A stretch of DNA of 64,000 nt from an uncultured delta proteobacterium (lineage in GTDB: Bacteria; Myxococcota_A; Polyangia; Palsa-1104), in assembly GCA_963785725.1 (NCBI GenBank), contig CAWAWS010000038.1:19397-83396 (forward strand), written 5' to 3'. Below the pieces are notes generated by a model, which saw only the letters and a list, made by a program, of their open reading frames with translations, had not been told where the DNA came from and searched no databases. The translations under genes and the position numbers were made by a program. Shown one piece after another: positions 29,331 through 45,284 of this stretch; the first letter of the stretch is position 1, and each line of letters begins with the position of its first letter.

Positions 29331-31160
29331 ATGAGCGAAGATCGCGGCGGCCGAGTCGGTCGCGGCGGGCTCAAGCTGGAGGCGGCCATCACGCGCTTCC
29401 ACCTCGGCCCACGCATTCGCGGCGGGCAGGCCCTCGACATCGGCGCGTCGACCGGCGGCTTCACCGAGGCGCTGCTCGCGCACGGCGCCACCCACGTCAC
29501 CGCCGTCGACGTCGGCAAAGGCCAGCTGCACCCGTCGCTGTTGGCCGACAAGCGCGTCACCAACTTGGACGGCGTGCACTGGAAGACGCTGCCCTTGTCG
29601 GAAGCCGCGGGCCCGTTCGACTTCTTCACGGTCGACGTCAGCTTCATCGCCGCGCGCTCGATGTTGCGCGGGCTCGCCTTCCGCTTGCGCCCGGGCGCCG
29701 AGGGCGTCGTCCTCGTCAAGCCCCAGTTCGAGGTCGAGGACAAGCGCGTCAAAGGCGGCGACGTCAGCGATCCCAACCTGCGCCGCGACGCCTTGAAGAG
29801 CGTGCAGGAAAAGGCCGAGTCGCTCGGCTTCGTCCTCGTCGCCAGCGCCGATTCGCCCGTGGCCGGCGGCAGCGGCACCGTCGAGATCTTGGCCCACTTA
29901 CGCTTCGCCGGCCGCAGCGACAAGCTGCCGCAGCCGGGCGAATCGCGCGGCCAAAAGGAGCCCAAGAAGCCGAAGAAGCGCAAACGCGGCGACAAAGAGG
30001 GCGTGCGCGCGACCTCGACGACGCTCGAGGCGCTCGACCTATTCGCCGTCGGTGCGCCCGGCTTGGAAGCGATCTTGGCGCGCGAAGTGTCGGCGCTCGA
30101 GGGCGTGCGCAGCGTCAAAGCGGTGCCGGGCGGCGTCGAGTTCGCCGGCGATCTGGACGTGCTCTATCGCGCCAACTTGTGGCTGCGCACGGCGACGCGC
30201 GTCCTCGTCCGCGTCGGTCAGCTCGAGGCGCGCGAGTTCGCCAAGATGCGCCATCGCACGGCGTCGCTGCCGTGGGAGCGCTTCATCGCGCCCGACGCCA
30301 AAGTGGCCATCGCCGCGTCGCAGTCGGGCAGCCGGCTCTATCACACCGGCGCCATCGCCGAGAACTTGGAGGCGGCGCTGAGCGATCGCCTGGGCGCGCC
30401 GCTCGTCGTCGCCGCCGAAGGCGTCAAAGTGCTGGCCCGCGGCGTCGCCGACCAGTGGACGCTCAGCATCGACAGCTCGGGCGACCTCTTGCACCGTCGC
30501 GGCTGGCGGCAAGAGCTGGCCCACGCGCCGCTGCGCGAGACGCTGGCCGCCGCGCTCCTGCTCTTGTGCGACTGGGATCCGACGACGCCGTTCGTCGACC
30601 CGATGTGCGGCGCCGGCACGCTGCCGCTCGAAGCCTGCGCGTTGGCGATGCGCATGGCGCCCGGCCTACACCGCGAGTTCGCGTTCACGCGCTGGCCGAT
30701 TCACGACGAAAATCGCTGGGCTGCCGCGCGCGCCGCCGCCGAAGCCGCGCAGCTGCCGGCGCCACCGGCGACCATCATCGGCGGCGATCGCTCGCCGGCG
30801 GCGCTGTCAGCGGCCGAGCGCAACGCCGAGCGCGCCGGCATGAAGTCGCACGTGCAGCTCGTGCGCGCCGAGCTCGGCGACGTCAAGCCGCCGGCGACGC
30901 GCGGCCTCGTGCTCATGAACCCGCCTTACGGCCGCCGCATCGGCGATCCGCGCCTGCTCCGCAAGCTCTACGCCGACATCGGCCGCGTCCTGCGCACCCG
31001 CTTCGCCGGCTGGCACGCCGGCCTGCTCGTCGCCGACCGCCGCCTGCTCGACGCCGTCGGCGCCAAGGTTCGCAGCGAGCACTCCCTGTTCAACGGCGGC
31101 TTGCGCGTCACTTTGGTTCATCTCGACCTGGGCAGCGGTGGGAGTACAATGCCGGCGTGA
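29331..31160 (+). CDS. Fusion of TlyA-type 2'-O-methyltransferase domain and THUMP/RlmL-type N2-G rRNA methyltransferase
   Basis: N: RGGLKL, DIGASTGGFT, DVGKGQL, DVSF, LVKPQFE. C: PGLE, NLWLRTATRV, LHRRGWR, APLRETLAA, DPMCGAGT, NPPYG. Confidence 0.9.
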   Translation: MSEDRGGRVGRGGLKLEAAITRFHLGPRIRGGQALDIGASTGGFTEALLAHGATHVTAVDVGKGQLHPSLLADKRVTNLDGVHWKTLPLSEAAGPFDFFTVDVSFIAARSMLRGLAFRLRPGAEGVVLVKPQFEVEDKRVKGGDVSDPNLRRDALKSVQEKAESLGFVLVASADSPVAGGSGTVEILAHLRFAGRSDKLPQPGESRGQKEPKKPKKRKRGDKEGVRATSTTLEALDLFAVGAPGLEAILAREVSALEGVRSVKAVPGGVEFAGDLDVLYRANLWLRTATRVLVRVGQLEAREFAKMRHRTASLPWERFIAPDAKVAIAASQSGSRLYHTGAIAENLEAALSDRLGAPLVVAAEGVKVLARGVADQWTLSIDSSGDLLHRRGWRQELAHAPLRETLAAALLLLCDWDPTTPFVDPMCGAGTLPLEACALAMRMAPGLHREFAFTRWPIHDENRWAAARAAAEAAQLPAPPATIIGGDRSPAALSAAERNAERAGMKSHVQLVRAELGDVKPPATRGLVLMNPPYGRRIGDPRLLRKLYADIGRVLRTRFAGWHAGLLVADRRLLDAVGAKVRSEHSLFNGGLRVTLVHLDLGSGGSTMPA

Positions 31161-32581
31161 AAGTCCATTGCTTATTCGCCTTCTGCTTATTGTTGGGCGC
31201 TTGCACGTTCAACCCGCACGGCGGTGACGTCGACTTCGGCAACAGCGACCTGTCGATCCCCGACAACGCCGACATGCCGCGCGGCGACGGCGACGGCGGC
31301 ACCAACGTCGACATGCCCGGCGCCGTCTGCGTCGCCAACGCCACCAGCTGCCTCGACGCCAACACGCTGCAGACGTGCAACGCCAGCGGCAGCGTGCAGA
31401 CGTCGACGATGTGCCCGCTCGGCTGCGGCACCGACGGCGGCGCCGCGCACTGCAAGATCATGATCCCGACCGCGCCCGTCAAAGCGAGCGACCTCGACGA
31501 CAGCGACTTGACCGCGCCCGCGCCCTTCACCGCCGCCAAGCTGGTATTCGACGTCAGCACGGGCCAGATCATCGACGCCGCCAACAGCACGCCGGCGGTG
31601 CGCGTCGCCAACACGACCAGCGCCCGCGAGGTCCATCAGGGCATCGCCTTCCACGTCTCCAACAACGTCGCCATCTGGAGCTTCAAGGGGCTCTCGGTTC
31701 CGATGACGACGACGATCGTCTTCGACAACTCCGTCGCCAACAACGCCGTCGCGCTCGTGTCGACGACGGACGCGACCATCGCCGGCACCGTCGACGCGCG
31801 CGGCTACGAAAGCGCCACGTCCACGACCGTCTGCACCGGCACCAACGGCGGCCCCGGCGGCACGGCCGGCGCCACCCTCGGGATAGCAGCCACAGGTGCC
31901 GGCGCCGGCGGTGCGGCCGCCGCGCCGGCGAGCGGTGGCGGTGGCGGCGGCTTCGGGGCGGTCGGTGCGGCTGGCGGCAGTGAGACCACGTCGAACGGTG
32001 GCGCCATCGCCGGAGCCGCCGATCTAGCGCCGATTACGGGCGGCTTCGGCGGCGGCTTCGGTGGCGTCAACGGCGGCGGCGGCGGCGGTGGCGTGCAGCT
32101 CGTCGTCGACGGCGGCCTCACGATCGCAGCCACCGGCATCATCAACGCCGGTGGCTGCGGCGGCGCGCCCGGTGCCATCTTCGGCATCGGCGGCGGTGGC
32201 GGTGGTTCGGGCGGCGCCATCCTCGGCGAGGCCTTCTCGATCGACATCGCCGGCACTGCCTTCGTCGTCGCCAACGGCGGCGGCGGCGGCGGCGGCGACG
32301 TCACGAGCACCGCCGGCGCTGCCGGCGCCGCGCAGCTCAACCCGCTTCCGAACGGCACGAGCGGAGCCAGCGGCAACAGCGGCGGCAACGGCGGCGCCAA
32401 AGCTGCCGCCAAGCCCGGCGACGACGGCACCGCGACCGCGCCCGGCGCCGGCGGCGGCGGTGGCGGCGTCGGTCGCATTCGCCTCAACACGCAGACGGGC
32501 ATGGCCAGCGTCACCGGCACGCCGCTCAGTCCCAGCCTCGGCAGCGGTCAAGCCACGCAGGGCACGATCGCCACGAAATGA
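31157..32581 (+). CDS. Gly-rich secreted lipoprotein
   Basis: GTG start overlaps the previous stop; LLLGAC lipobox; Cys cluster then GGGGGxG-rich repeats. Confidence 0.8.
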   Translation: MKVHCLFAFCLLLGACTFNPHGGDVDFGNSDLSIPDNADMPRGDGDGGTNVDMPGAVCVANATSCLDANTLQTCNASGSVQTSTMCPLGCGTDGGAAHCKIMIPTAPVKASDLDDSDLTAPAPFTAAKLVFDVSTGQIIDAANSTPAVRVANTTSAREVHQGIAFHVSNNVAIWSFKGLSVPMTTTIVFDNSVANNAVALVSTTDATIAGTVDARGYESATSTTVCTGTNGGPGGTAGATLGIAATGAGAGGAAAAPASGGGGGGFGAVGAAGGSETTSNGGAIAGAADLAPITGGFGGGFGGVNGGGGGGGVQLVVDGGLTIAATGIINAGGCGGAPGAIFGIGGGGGGSGGAILGEAFSIDIAGTAFVVANGGGGGGGDVTSTAGAAGAAQLNPLPNGTSGASGNSGGNGGAKAAAKPGDDGTATAPGAGGGGGGVGRIRLNTQTGMASVTGTPLSPSLGSGQATQGTIATK

Positions 32582-32621
32582 CGCCGCGGCCCCTCGAAGC
32601 CGCAGCGGACGTCGTCGCGAC

Positions 32622-33056
32622 TTATTCGGCGGCGACGACGTCGACGGTGCCGGTGCGGCTGCACGACACCGCCGGCCGCGACCCGATCGAGCACGAGATC
32701 GGCCGCTCGCGATACGAGTACGTGTAGCCGCTGCCCGACGGCGTCAACACCTCGGTCGCTTCCCACGTGCAGCCGTCTTCGAAGTCGTAACGGCCGCTGA
32801 GCGTGACCACGCGCCCGTCGCTGGCGTCATGCGACAAGAGGACGTCGCCCTCGTTCCAGGCGGAGCCGTAGTAGCAGGCGCGCGCCGACTCGGCATGCAG
32901 CGTCAGTCGGTAACCGGCCGACGGCGCCATCGCCGATTCCAGCGGCGCTTGCGCGAACAAGAGCGCGCCGCCTGCCAACAAGACGCCACCCAGCGCCACC
33001 ACTGGGCTCGCCACCACCCGCCACGTCGACGGAGCCAGCAAAGAAGGCAATGCCAT
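32622..33056 (-). CDS. Hypothetical exported protein
   Basis: GGAGG RBS, hydrophobic N-terminus, four Cys, 144 aa. Confidence 0.6.
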   Translation of the reverse strand: MALPSLLAPSTWRVVASPVVALGGVLLAGGALLFAQAPLESAMAPSAGYRLTLHAESARACYYGSAWNEGDVLLSHDASDGRVVTLSGRYDFEDGCTWEATEVLTPSGSGYTYSYRERPISCSIGSRPAVSCSRTGTVDVVAAE

Positions 33057-33130
33057 GACAGACCTCCAGCGATTTAATTTTACGGCACGATCGGGCTGGC
33101 GGCCTCCTGCAAAATCACAACTACTCGGAT

Positions 33131-33826
33131 CTAGCTTTGAATTTGGCCTTGGATCTGTCGGCGTTTCGATTCTTCCAAGATGCGAACGCCGGTGACGACG
33201 GACCACACCCACGCGCCGATGACGATGGGAATGCCGACGAGGACGAAGCTGAGGAGGAAGCCGACGCACCACAAGACCAGCTGGCCGACACCGACGGCGG
33301 TGCGCCCGCTGATGAGCGAGCCGAGGCCGGGCAGGATGACGTTGAGGACCATCGCCGTCACGGCCGTGGCGTCGGCGGGACCGGTGATCGGCGCCAGCGG
33401 ACCCGGCTGCTGAAACGCTTGCAGCGGCGGATGCGCCGGCGTGCGCGGCACCTTGCGACCGTGGATGGTGAAGAAGACGTTGCCGTCGTCGTCGACGTCG
33501 CGGCCGATGACGTCGCGCGCCGCCATTTCTTCCAGCCGATCGTTGACGATCCCCGTCGGCATCTTGAGCGCGTGCGCCACGGCGGTGACGTTGAGCGTCG
33601 CCGTCGTTTGATAGGCGAACTCCAAGAAGCGCACTTCGAAGTCGTCGCTCGCCGTCGTTGGCGGCCTGCCTACGGTGCTCGGCGTAGCGCCGCGGTCGAA
33701 GTCGGCCTCGGGGACTTTGGTCAAGTCGGCCTGGCAGTGCTTGCAGCGAACGGCGACCCGCTTGATCGACTCGCCACACATCGGGCAGGGCTTGGTGTCG
33801 CTCTCATCGGCATCGGGCATCGCCAT
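33131..33826 (-). CDS. Zinc-ribbon / helical / TM2-like membrane protein
   Basis: CPMC..CKHC; C-terminal LNVILPGLGSL..GVGQL TM pair. Confidence 0.75.
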   Translation of the reverse strand: MAMPDADESDTKPCPMCGESIKRVAVRCKHCQADLTKVPEADFDRGATPSTVGRPPTTASDDFEVRFLEFAYQTTATLNVTAVAHALKMPTGIVNDRLEEMAARDVIGRDVDDDGNVFFTIHGRKVPRTPAHPPLQAFQQPGPLAPITGPADATAVTAMVLNVILPGLGSLISGRTAVGVGQLVLWCVGFLLSFVLVGIPIVIGAWVWSVVTGVRILEESKRRQIQGQIQS

Positions 33827-33901
33827 GTTGTGATCCATTGTGTAAGAAAGCGCGCTCAAAGCGGCAAAATTCCGTTATGCTGAGATGTGGCCATCCTTTC
33901 G

Positions 33902-34912
33902 ATGGACTCGCAGCGACCCCAACACGGCCGCGGCACGGTCGTTACGCGACACCCGGCCACCATCCGGCGCGTCGCGCAGGCGCTCGGTGCCGTCGGTATT
34001 GGCGTCAACCACGCGCTGTCGGCGGACGAGCTGCCGCCCGGCGAGCTGGCGGTCGTCGTGCTCGACTTGGATGTCGATGCCGATGCCGACCCGGCGGCGC
34101 TCGTGGCCAAGACAGCTGCCGCCTATCCGGGCGTGCCGACGGTCGTGTGCGCGGGCGTGAACGCCAAGAAGCGGCTCATGGCGACGCTGGCTGCGCCGTC
34201 GGTCGTGCACGTCGTGCCCAAGCTCGGCGGCTGGATTGACGTGCCGGCGGCCGAGCGCGCGTTCGACGGTCCCGACGAGCAGGACTTGGCGGTGGCCTTG
34301 CGCCGCGCGTTCTCGCCGCAGCGCGAGCCGCTCGGCGTGCAGCCCTATCTCATCCAAGGCTTCTCGACGACGGCGACGGCGGTGCGCTCGTCCGACGACA
34401 AAGAGATCGCGCTGGAAGCGGTCATGGACTTGGCGGCGGCGCTCGAGCTGTCCGACGAGAAACGGCGCCGCATCGAGGTCGCGACCGAGGAGCTCCTGCT
34501 CAACGCCATTTACGATGCGCCGCGCGACGGCAGCGGCAACGCGCTGCACGCCGGGCTCGATCGGCGCACGCCGGTCACGCTCGACGCCGGCCACGAGGTG
34601 CAGCTGAGCTACGGCTGCGATGGCCGCAACTTCGTCGTCAGCGTCGCCGATCGCTTCGGCGCGCTCGATCGCGGCGCCATCGTGCGCTCGCTGTCGAAGC
34701 TGCTCGATCCCAAAGGCGCGCGTCCGGCGCCGGGCACGAGCGGCGCCGGGCTCGGCCTCATGCTGACGTACACGGCGGCCAATCAGCTGGTCGCGCACGC
34801 CGTGCCCGGCCGCTTCACCGAGGTCACGGCCGTCATGCACGTCTCGGGATCGAACCGCACGGCCCTGGCGCGCGGCAGCGCCTTACACCTCTACCTCGAC
34901 GGAGCGCGCTAG
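33902..34912 (+). CDS. Degenerate receiver-like domain plus RsbW-like HATPase (anti-sigma kinase-like)
   Basis: EELLLNAIYDAP, VADRFG, GAGLGL. Confidence 0.75.
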   Translation: MDSQRPQHGRGTVVTRHPATIRRVAQALGAVGIGVNHALSADELPPGELAVVVLDLDVDADADPAALVAKTAAAYPGVPTVVCAGVNAKKRLMATLAAPSVVHVVPKLGGWIDVPAAERAFDGPDEQDLAVALRRAFSPQREPLGVQPYLIQGFSTTATAVRSSDDKEIALEAVMDLAAALELSDEKRRRIEVATEELLLNAIYDAPRDGSGNALHAGLDRRTPVTLDAGHEVQLSYGCDGRNFVVSVADRFGALDRGAIVRSLSKLLDPKGARPAPGTSGAGLGLMLTYTAANQLVAHAVPGRFTEVTAVMHVSGSNRTALARGSALHLYLDGAR

Positions 34913-34916
34913 AATC

Positions 34917-35366
34917 ATGGTCAAGATCGAGATGGGGCCGGCGGACGACGGATCGTTTCGCGCGGCGCTCATCGGCAAAGTGGACGAGAAGTTCGACGGG
35001 CAGTCGATCTTGAACGCGCTGCAGCCCGGTCAGCGTTTACGGCTGCGACTCGACGGCGTGCGCGGTATTTCGTCGCTGGGTGTGCGCGCGCTCGAAGGCT
35101 TCATGGCCAAGCTCGGCGAGCGCGACGTGGTGCTGGAGGATATTTCGGCGGCCGTCGCCAATCAGGTGACGATGATTCCGAACCTGCTCGGCCGCGCCAC
35201 CGTCGCGTCGGCCAAGCTGCCGTTCATCTGTCCCAGCTGTGGCACCGAAGAGGCGCGCAGCATTCCGTATGAAGCGAACGCGGCGACGACGCATGCGCCG
35301 AAGTGCAGCGCGTGCGGCGCGCGCATGGACTTCGACGGCTTTTCCGAAGAATATTTACCGCATTAG
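34917..35366 (+). CDS. STAS-like domain with C-terminal zinc ribbon
   Basis: GKVDE, VRGISSLGVR, CPSC..CSAC. Confidence 0.75.
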   Translation: MVKIEMGPADDGSFRAALIGKVDEKFDGQSILNALQPGQRLRLRLDGVRGISSLGVRALEGFMAKLGERDVVLEDISAAVANQVTMIPNLLGRATVASAKLPFICPSCGTEEARSIPYEANAATTHAPKCSACGARMDFDGFSEEYLPH

Positions 35367-35378
35367 TTTCGCGAAAAA

Positions 35379-35651
35379 CTAAAAGCGAATCGTTCGATAG
35401 TCGCCCTTGGGCGCGCGCGCCACGCGGGGCGCCACGACCTTCTCGTACGCGACCGGCGCGGGACGACCGCCGGCCGGAACGACCACGACCTCTTCGGCCG
35501 TGGCGATGACTTCGCCCTGATCGAGGATGCGCGCGAGCTGCGCCTCGACCACTTCGCTCATGGACAGCGAATTCTCGTCGCAGTAACGACGCAGACTATC
35601 GTAAGTGGTGCCGCGTACCGAGATCGAACGTCGGGTCTGTTTGCTGGCCAC
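35379..35651 (-). CDS. Small ribbon-helix-helix DNA-binding protein
   Basis: RRSISVRGTTYDSLRRYC..SMSEVVE beta-alpha-alpha pattern; GGAGAGG RBS. Confidence 0.7.
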   Translation of the reverse strand: MASKQTRRSISVRGTTYDSLRRYCDENSLSMSEVVEAQLARILDQGEVIATAEEVVVVPAGGRPAPVAYEKVVAPRVARAPKGDYRTIRF

Positions 35652-35726
35652 GAATCGCCTCTCCGAAGTCGAGTGGAGCCAACCTTGATCCTCGGCGATC
35701 GATCCGTCAAGCCAAAAATTTGACAG

Positions 35727-37877
<2,151 letters not shown>

Positions 37878-37916
37878 GAGGGCTCCACGGCTATTTTTGG
37901 CGGCGACGAAGGCGCA

Positions 37917-39102
37917 TCAGGCGCGCTGACGACCGCGGGTCAGGTGCTTGACGGCGTCGGCGAGCCCGTCGAGCGAGAGGCGAAACATGGGAAACAGGCC
38001 GGCCAACGTCTGCGCCGTGCCGCGCCAATAGGATTCGGGCTCGGGATTGAGCCACGCCGTCTTGCGGAAATGGCGGGCGACGAGGTCCATCCAGGCCAGG
38101 CCGGGCACGTCGTTGTCGTAGTCTTGGCCGCCCCAACCGCCGGTCTGCCACAGCTCCGACGGATGCATGAGCGCGTCGCCGACGACGATCAGCTTCCACG
38201 ACGGATCGCGCTCGGCCAAGACGCGCTGAATGGGAATGCCGTCGCGCAGCCAGGTCGTCGGATAGACGTGACCGTAGAGGCAGTTGTGGAAGTAGAAGGT
38301 ATCGAGCCGCTTCCAGTGCGTCGCTGCTTTGGCCGCCGAGAACAGGCGCTCGCTCACTTGCACGTGCGGATCCATCGAGCCACCGACGTCGATGAGCAGC
38401 ATGACCTTGACGTCCGGCCGCCGCTCGGGACGCAGCACGATCTCCAGCTCCCCCGCGTTCTTCGCCGTTTTATCGATGGTCCCGTCGATGTCGAGCTCGG
38501 TCAGCGCGCCCTCGCGCACGAACGCGCGCAGTCGCCGCAGCGCCAGCTCCAGCGAGCGCACGTCGACGTTGACGTCACCGCGCAGGCTGCGAAAGCGGTG
38601 CTCGCCGGCGCGCGCCAACGCGCCTTTGCCGCCGCGGCGGACCATTGCCGACGGAGATTCCCGACGGATGCGTGCCGCCGCGACCGTGCGGCGACGTGCC
38701 GCCGGTGCCGACCCAGCGGTTGCCGCCGTCATGCCGCTCGCGCTGCTCGCGTAGCCGCTGCTCGAGCCGGCGCCGCGCCTCTTGCAGATCGATCGACTCG
38801 AGCAGCGCGCGCTCTTCGTCGGTCAGCTCGCGCTCGGGCTTGGCGTCCTTGAGCCACTCGAGCAGCTCCTCGGTAATCTGCAGCGCCTCCAGTTCGATGC
38901 CCTTGAAGTAGGACGCAAAGGCGGTATCGAACGCATCGAGGTCCTGCTCGCGATGCACGCACAGGGCGCGGGCGACGTCGTAGAAGCCGTCGAGCGTCGA
39001 GTCGTGCAGCTCGCGCCACAGCGCCTCGGCGACGGCGATGGCCTCTTGCGGCCCGACTTTGACGCCGCGTTTCCGCAGCTCGTAGAAAAATTCGATGAAC
39101 AC
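37917..39102 (-). CDS. CoxE-like VWA-domain protein (single frameshift near 38635)
   Basis: EQRERHDGGNRWVGTGGTSP in one frame; MIDAS DVGGSM, YFHNC, VGDALMHP, WLNPEP in the next. Confidence 0.85.
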
Positions 39103-39144
39103 CGGTCGGAAGAATAGCGCGCGGCCAAAAAAGCGCGAGAGGCC

Positions 39145-39182
39145 AAAAAGAAACCGCCCGTCCCCTCGCGAGGGCGGGCGGT
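39145..39182 (-). terminator. Rho-independent terminator of the activase/dehydratase operon
   Basis: ACCGCCCG..CGGGCGGT stem followed by TTCTTTTT on the minus strand. Confidence 0.8.
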
Positions 39183-39204
39183 CGGATGATTCGCTTGCGA
39201 ACGC

Positions 39205-40845
39205 TTAGTGCGCCGCGTGATTCGTCGTGCCCGTCACCTGCTGCACGACGTTCGAGGCCATCGCCGCCACCGTGCCGTGCTTCGGGTAGAACAGCGCCGA
39301 ACGCTTCCACCAGCTGTTCTGCAGCTTCTGCTTCAGCGTCGTCACCGTGAGGCCGGCCGCGTCGAGCGTCTTCTGATACTCGTCCTTGGCCGCCAAGCGC
39401 GCCTTGAACAGCATCATCTGCACGCGCGAGTAGACGTTGACGGCGCCGTCGCCGGTCGTCTCGATCGGGCAGAAGATCGCTTCCGGATACTTCTCGGTGA
39501 TGATCGACTGCACGCCGTCCGACACGCCCGACGACGGCATGCATCCGAACGGCTTCACGCTCAGCGTCATCGTCGCCTTCTTGTGCTTGACGTTGAGGAT
39601 GAGCTTGCCGACTTCCATGTGACCTTCGCCGCCACGGAGGTGGTTGTTGTAGTGCGCCGCCGCCGTGTCCGCGACCTTGTCCATGTCCGGCAGGTCGTAG
39701 TCGTGCAGGCCCATGACGTTGGCGATCGTCTGGAAGACCGCGCGGATCGCCTTCTCGGCCACCCACAACATGATGAGCTTCTTGCGCGCGTCCTTGCCGG
39801 CCAGACCCTTGCGCGCGCTGTCTTCACCGCGCAGTTCCCAGCGCTGCTTCGTGTCCCAGCGCTGCTCCCAGACCATGAACAGGATCCAGGCCGTGACGAG
39901 CTGGACGTCGCACTCGGCGCCCTCCTGCTCGAGGAACTTCTGCAGGCCGTAGTTGCCGTCGCCTTCGGTCGTCATCGCCCAGAACTCGCCGATGATCGAG
40001 ACCTTGGGCTTGACGATCGTGCGGTCGACCTTGACGTTCATGAAGTTGCGGCGCGTCTGAATCAGCGCCCACAAGAGCGACTTGCCCTTGGGATCTTCGA
40101 ACGCGTCGTGAATCGCCTTCTTCGACGCTTCGATGGCGCGGTTGGTCGCGCCCGCTTCCACTTCGTACGGCCGCATGCGATAGGACAGCGCGTTCAACGC
40201 GTCGCCGATGAGGATCGACTTGAGCAGCGCGATGAAGAACTTCGGGTTCATCTCGAGCCCTTGCGCTTCGCCGGTCGCCTGCTTGAGGCCGCCCTGCTGC
40301 TGGAACAGAAGGACGCGGAAGCCTTCGAAGCCGGAGTCGCGCAGCGCCTTGCGATACTCGGTGACGTACGTGCCGAAGCGGCACGGGCCACACGCGCCGG
40401 CGGTGACGAACACGAAGTTCGACACGATGTCGGCGACCGGGATCTTCTGCTCGTCGCGCAAATAGATCAGGTACTTGATCAAGTTGCCGACGGTGAAATA
40501 GGTCGGGTTGCACTGACCGCGGTTGCCGAACTCCTTGCCGAACTGCAGCGCCGAGTTGTCCGGGCAGTCGATGGCGCGCACTTGATAGCCGATGCCGCGC
40601 AGCGCGCCCTGAATGAACAGGTCGTGCGCCATCGTCAGGCCCGAGATCAAGATCGTGGTGTGCGCACGCTGCGACGCCATGAACTTGGTCGGGTTGTCAT
40701 CGCGCCAATGCTCTTTACCCGGCTCGAGGCCGAGCTCGGCCATCTGGTCCAGCTCGAACTGCTTGAGCTCGGCGTCGATGTCGAACTCCAGCTTAGCGCC
40801 GCCGATGATCGGGAGCTTCTTCACGCTCGATTGAATCGTTTCCAC
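39205..40845 (-). CDS. 2-hydroxyacyl-CoA dehydratase-like Fe-S protein (HgdD/DUF2229-type)
   Basis: GQCNPTYFTVG, GACGPCRFG, IIGEF, GGEG, KPFGCMPS, IETTGD. Confidence 0.85.
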   Translation of the reverse strand: METIQSSVKKLPIIGGAKLEFDIDAELKQFELDQMAELGLEPGKEHWRDDNPTKFMASQRAHTTILISGLTMAHDLFIQGALRGIGYQVRAIDCPDNSALQFGKEFGNRGQCNPTYFTVGNLIKYLIYLRDEQKIPVADIVSNFVFVTAGACGPCRFGTYVTEYRKALRDSGFEGFRVLLFQQQGGLKQATGEAQGLEMNPKFFIALLKSILIGDALNALSYRMRPYEVEAGATNRAIEASKKAIHDAFEDPKGKSLLWALIQTRRNFMNVKVDRTIVKPKVSIIGEFWAMTTEGDGNYGLQKFLEQEGAECDVQLVTAWILFMVWEQRWDTKQRWELRGEDSARKGLAGKDARKKLIMLWVAEKAIRAVFQTIANVMGLHDYDLPDMDKVADTAAAHYNNHLRGGEGHMEVGKLILNVKHKKATMTLSVKPFGCMPSSGVSDGVQSIITEKYPEAIFCPIETTGDGAVNVYSRVQMMLFKARLAAKDEYQKTLDAAGLTVTTLKQKLQNSWWKRSALFYPKHGTVAAMASNVVQQVTGTTNHAAH

Positions 40846-40873
40846 TCGATCCTCCGTTATTCGCCGGCGTTGT

Positions 40874-44577
<3,704 letters not shown>

Positions 44578-44587
44578 GCATGCTCCT

Positions 44588-44632
44588 TTAGACTGACACC
44601 CCAGTCCGAATTAGACTGACACCCGAGTCTAG
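44588..44632. promoter_or_regulatory. Tandem palindromic operators upstream of the activase gene
   Basis: 23-bp-period repeat TTAGACTGACACCC(C/G)AGTC; second copy is a perfect TAGACT-N8-AGTCTA. Confidence 0.75.
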
Positions 44633-44711
44633 ATGACTCGCGAGAGAAGATCAAGCATTGGCGAGGTGCGGCAAATTCAGCGGGAAAGTGAACGCGGAAG
44701 GTGAAGCGGGA

Positions 44712-45203
44712 CTAGCAGGTGAAGATTTTTTCGAGCTCGGCGACGATCTTCTCTTCTTTGGCGCTCTTGGCGACCGCGAGCTCTTTGATGAGCAGCGAGC
44801 GCGCCGTGTCGAGCATCTTGCGCTCGCCGAAAGAGAGGTCCTTCTCGAACTTGAGCAGCGACAGATCGCGCAAGACTTCGGCGATCTCGAAGACGCTGCC
44901 CGTCTTGATCTTTTCCATGTACTCCCGGTAACGGCGATTCCAGGTCTGGCCGTCGACGGAGACTTCACGCGTCTTGAGGATGTCGTAGACCTCTTTGACG
45001 TCGTTCTTGTTGCAGATGTTGCGCAAACCAACGGCGGCTACGTTCTTCGTAGGCACCATGATGCGCATACCATTCTCCAGGATGCGGAGGATGTAGAACG
45101 TATGCGTCTTCCCACCGATCTCTTTGGTCTCGATGCCCTGGACCTCAGCGACGCCATGCGCGGGGTAAACTGCTTTGTCGCCGATCTGGAAGGATACATC
45201 CAC
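44712..45203 (-). CDS. cdnL: CarD-family RNA polymerase-binding regulator CdnL
   Basis: GDKAVYPAHGV, WNRRYREYMEKIKTGSVFEIAEVLRDL, LSFGERKMLDTARSLL; 163 aa with no AT-hook tail. Confidence 0.95.
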   Translation of the reverse strand: MDVSFQIGDKAVYPAHGVAEVQGIETKEIGGKTHTFYILRILENGMRIMVPTKNVAAVGLRNICNKNDVKEVYDILKTREVSVDGQTWNRRYREYMEKIKTGSVFEIAEVLRDLSLLKFEKDLSFGERKMLDTARSLLIKELAVAKSAKEEKIVAELEKIFTC

Positions 45204-45284
45204 GCCGCACCTCCGATTCGGACATACGTCCGGAGTGCGGGGAGGCTAACACGATGACCTCGCCGGGTCAATCGGTTTTGTTGG

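Noticed and set aside
45255..45270. TGACC-N6-GGTCA palindrome upstream of cdnL as a regulon member
   Set aside because: Spacing is 2 bp longer than the four matching sites and it lacks the ACTGAC half-site.
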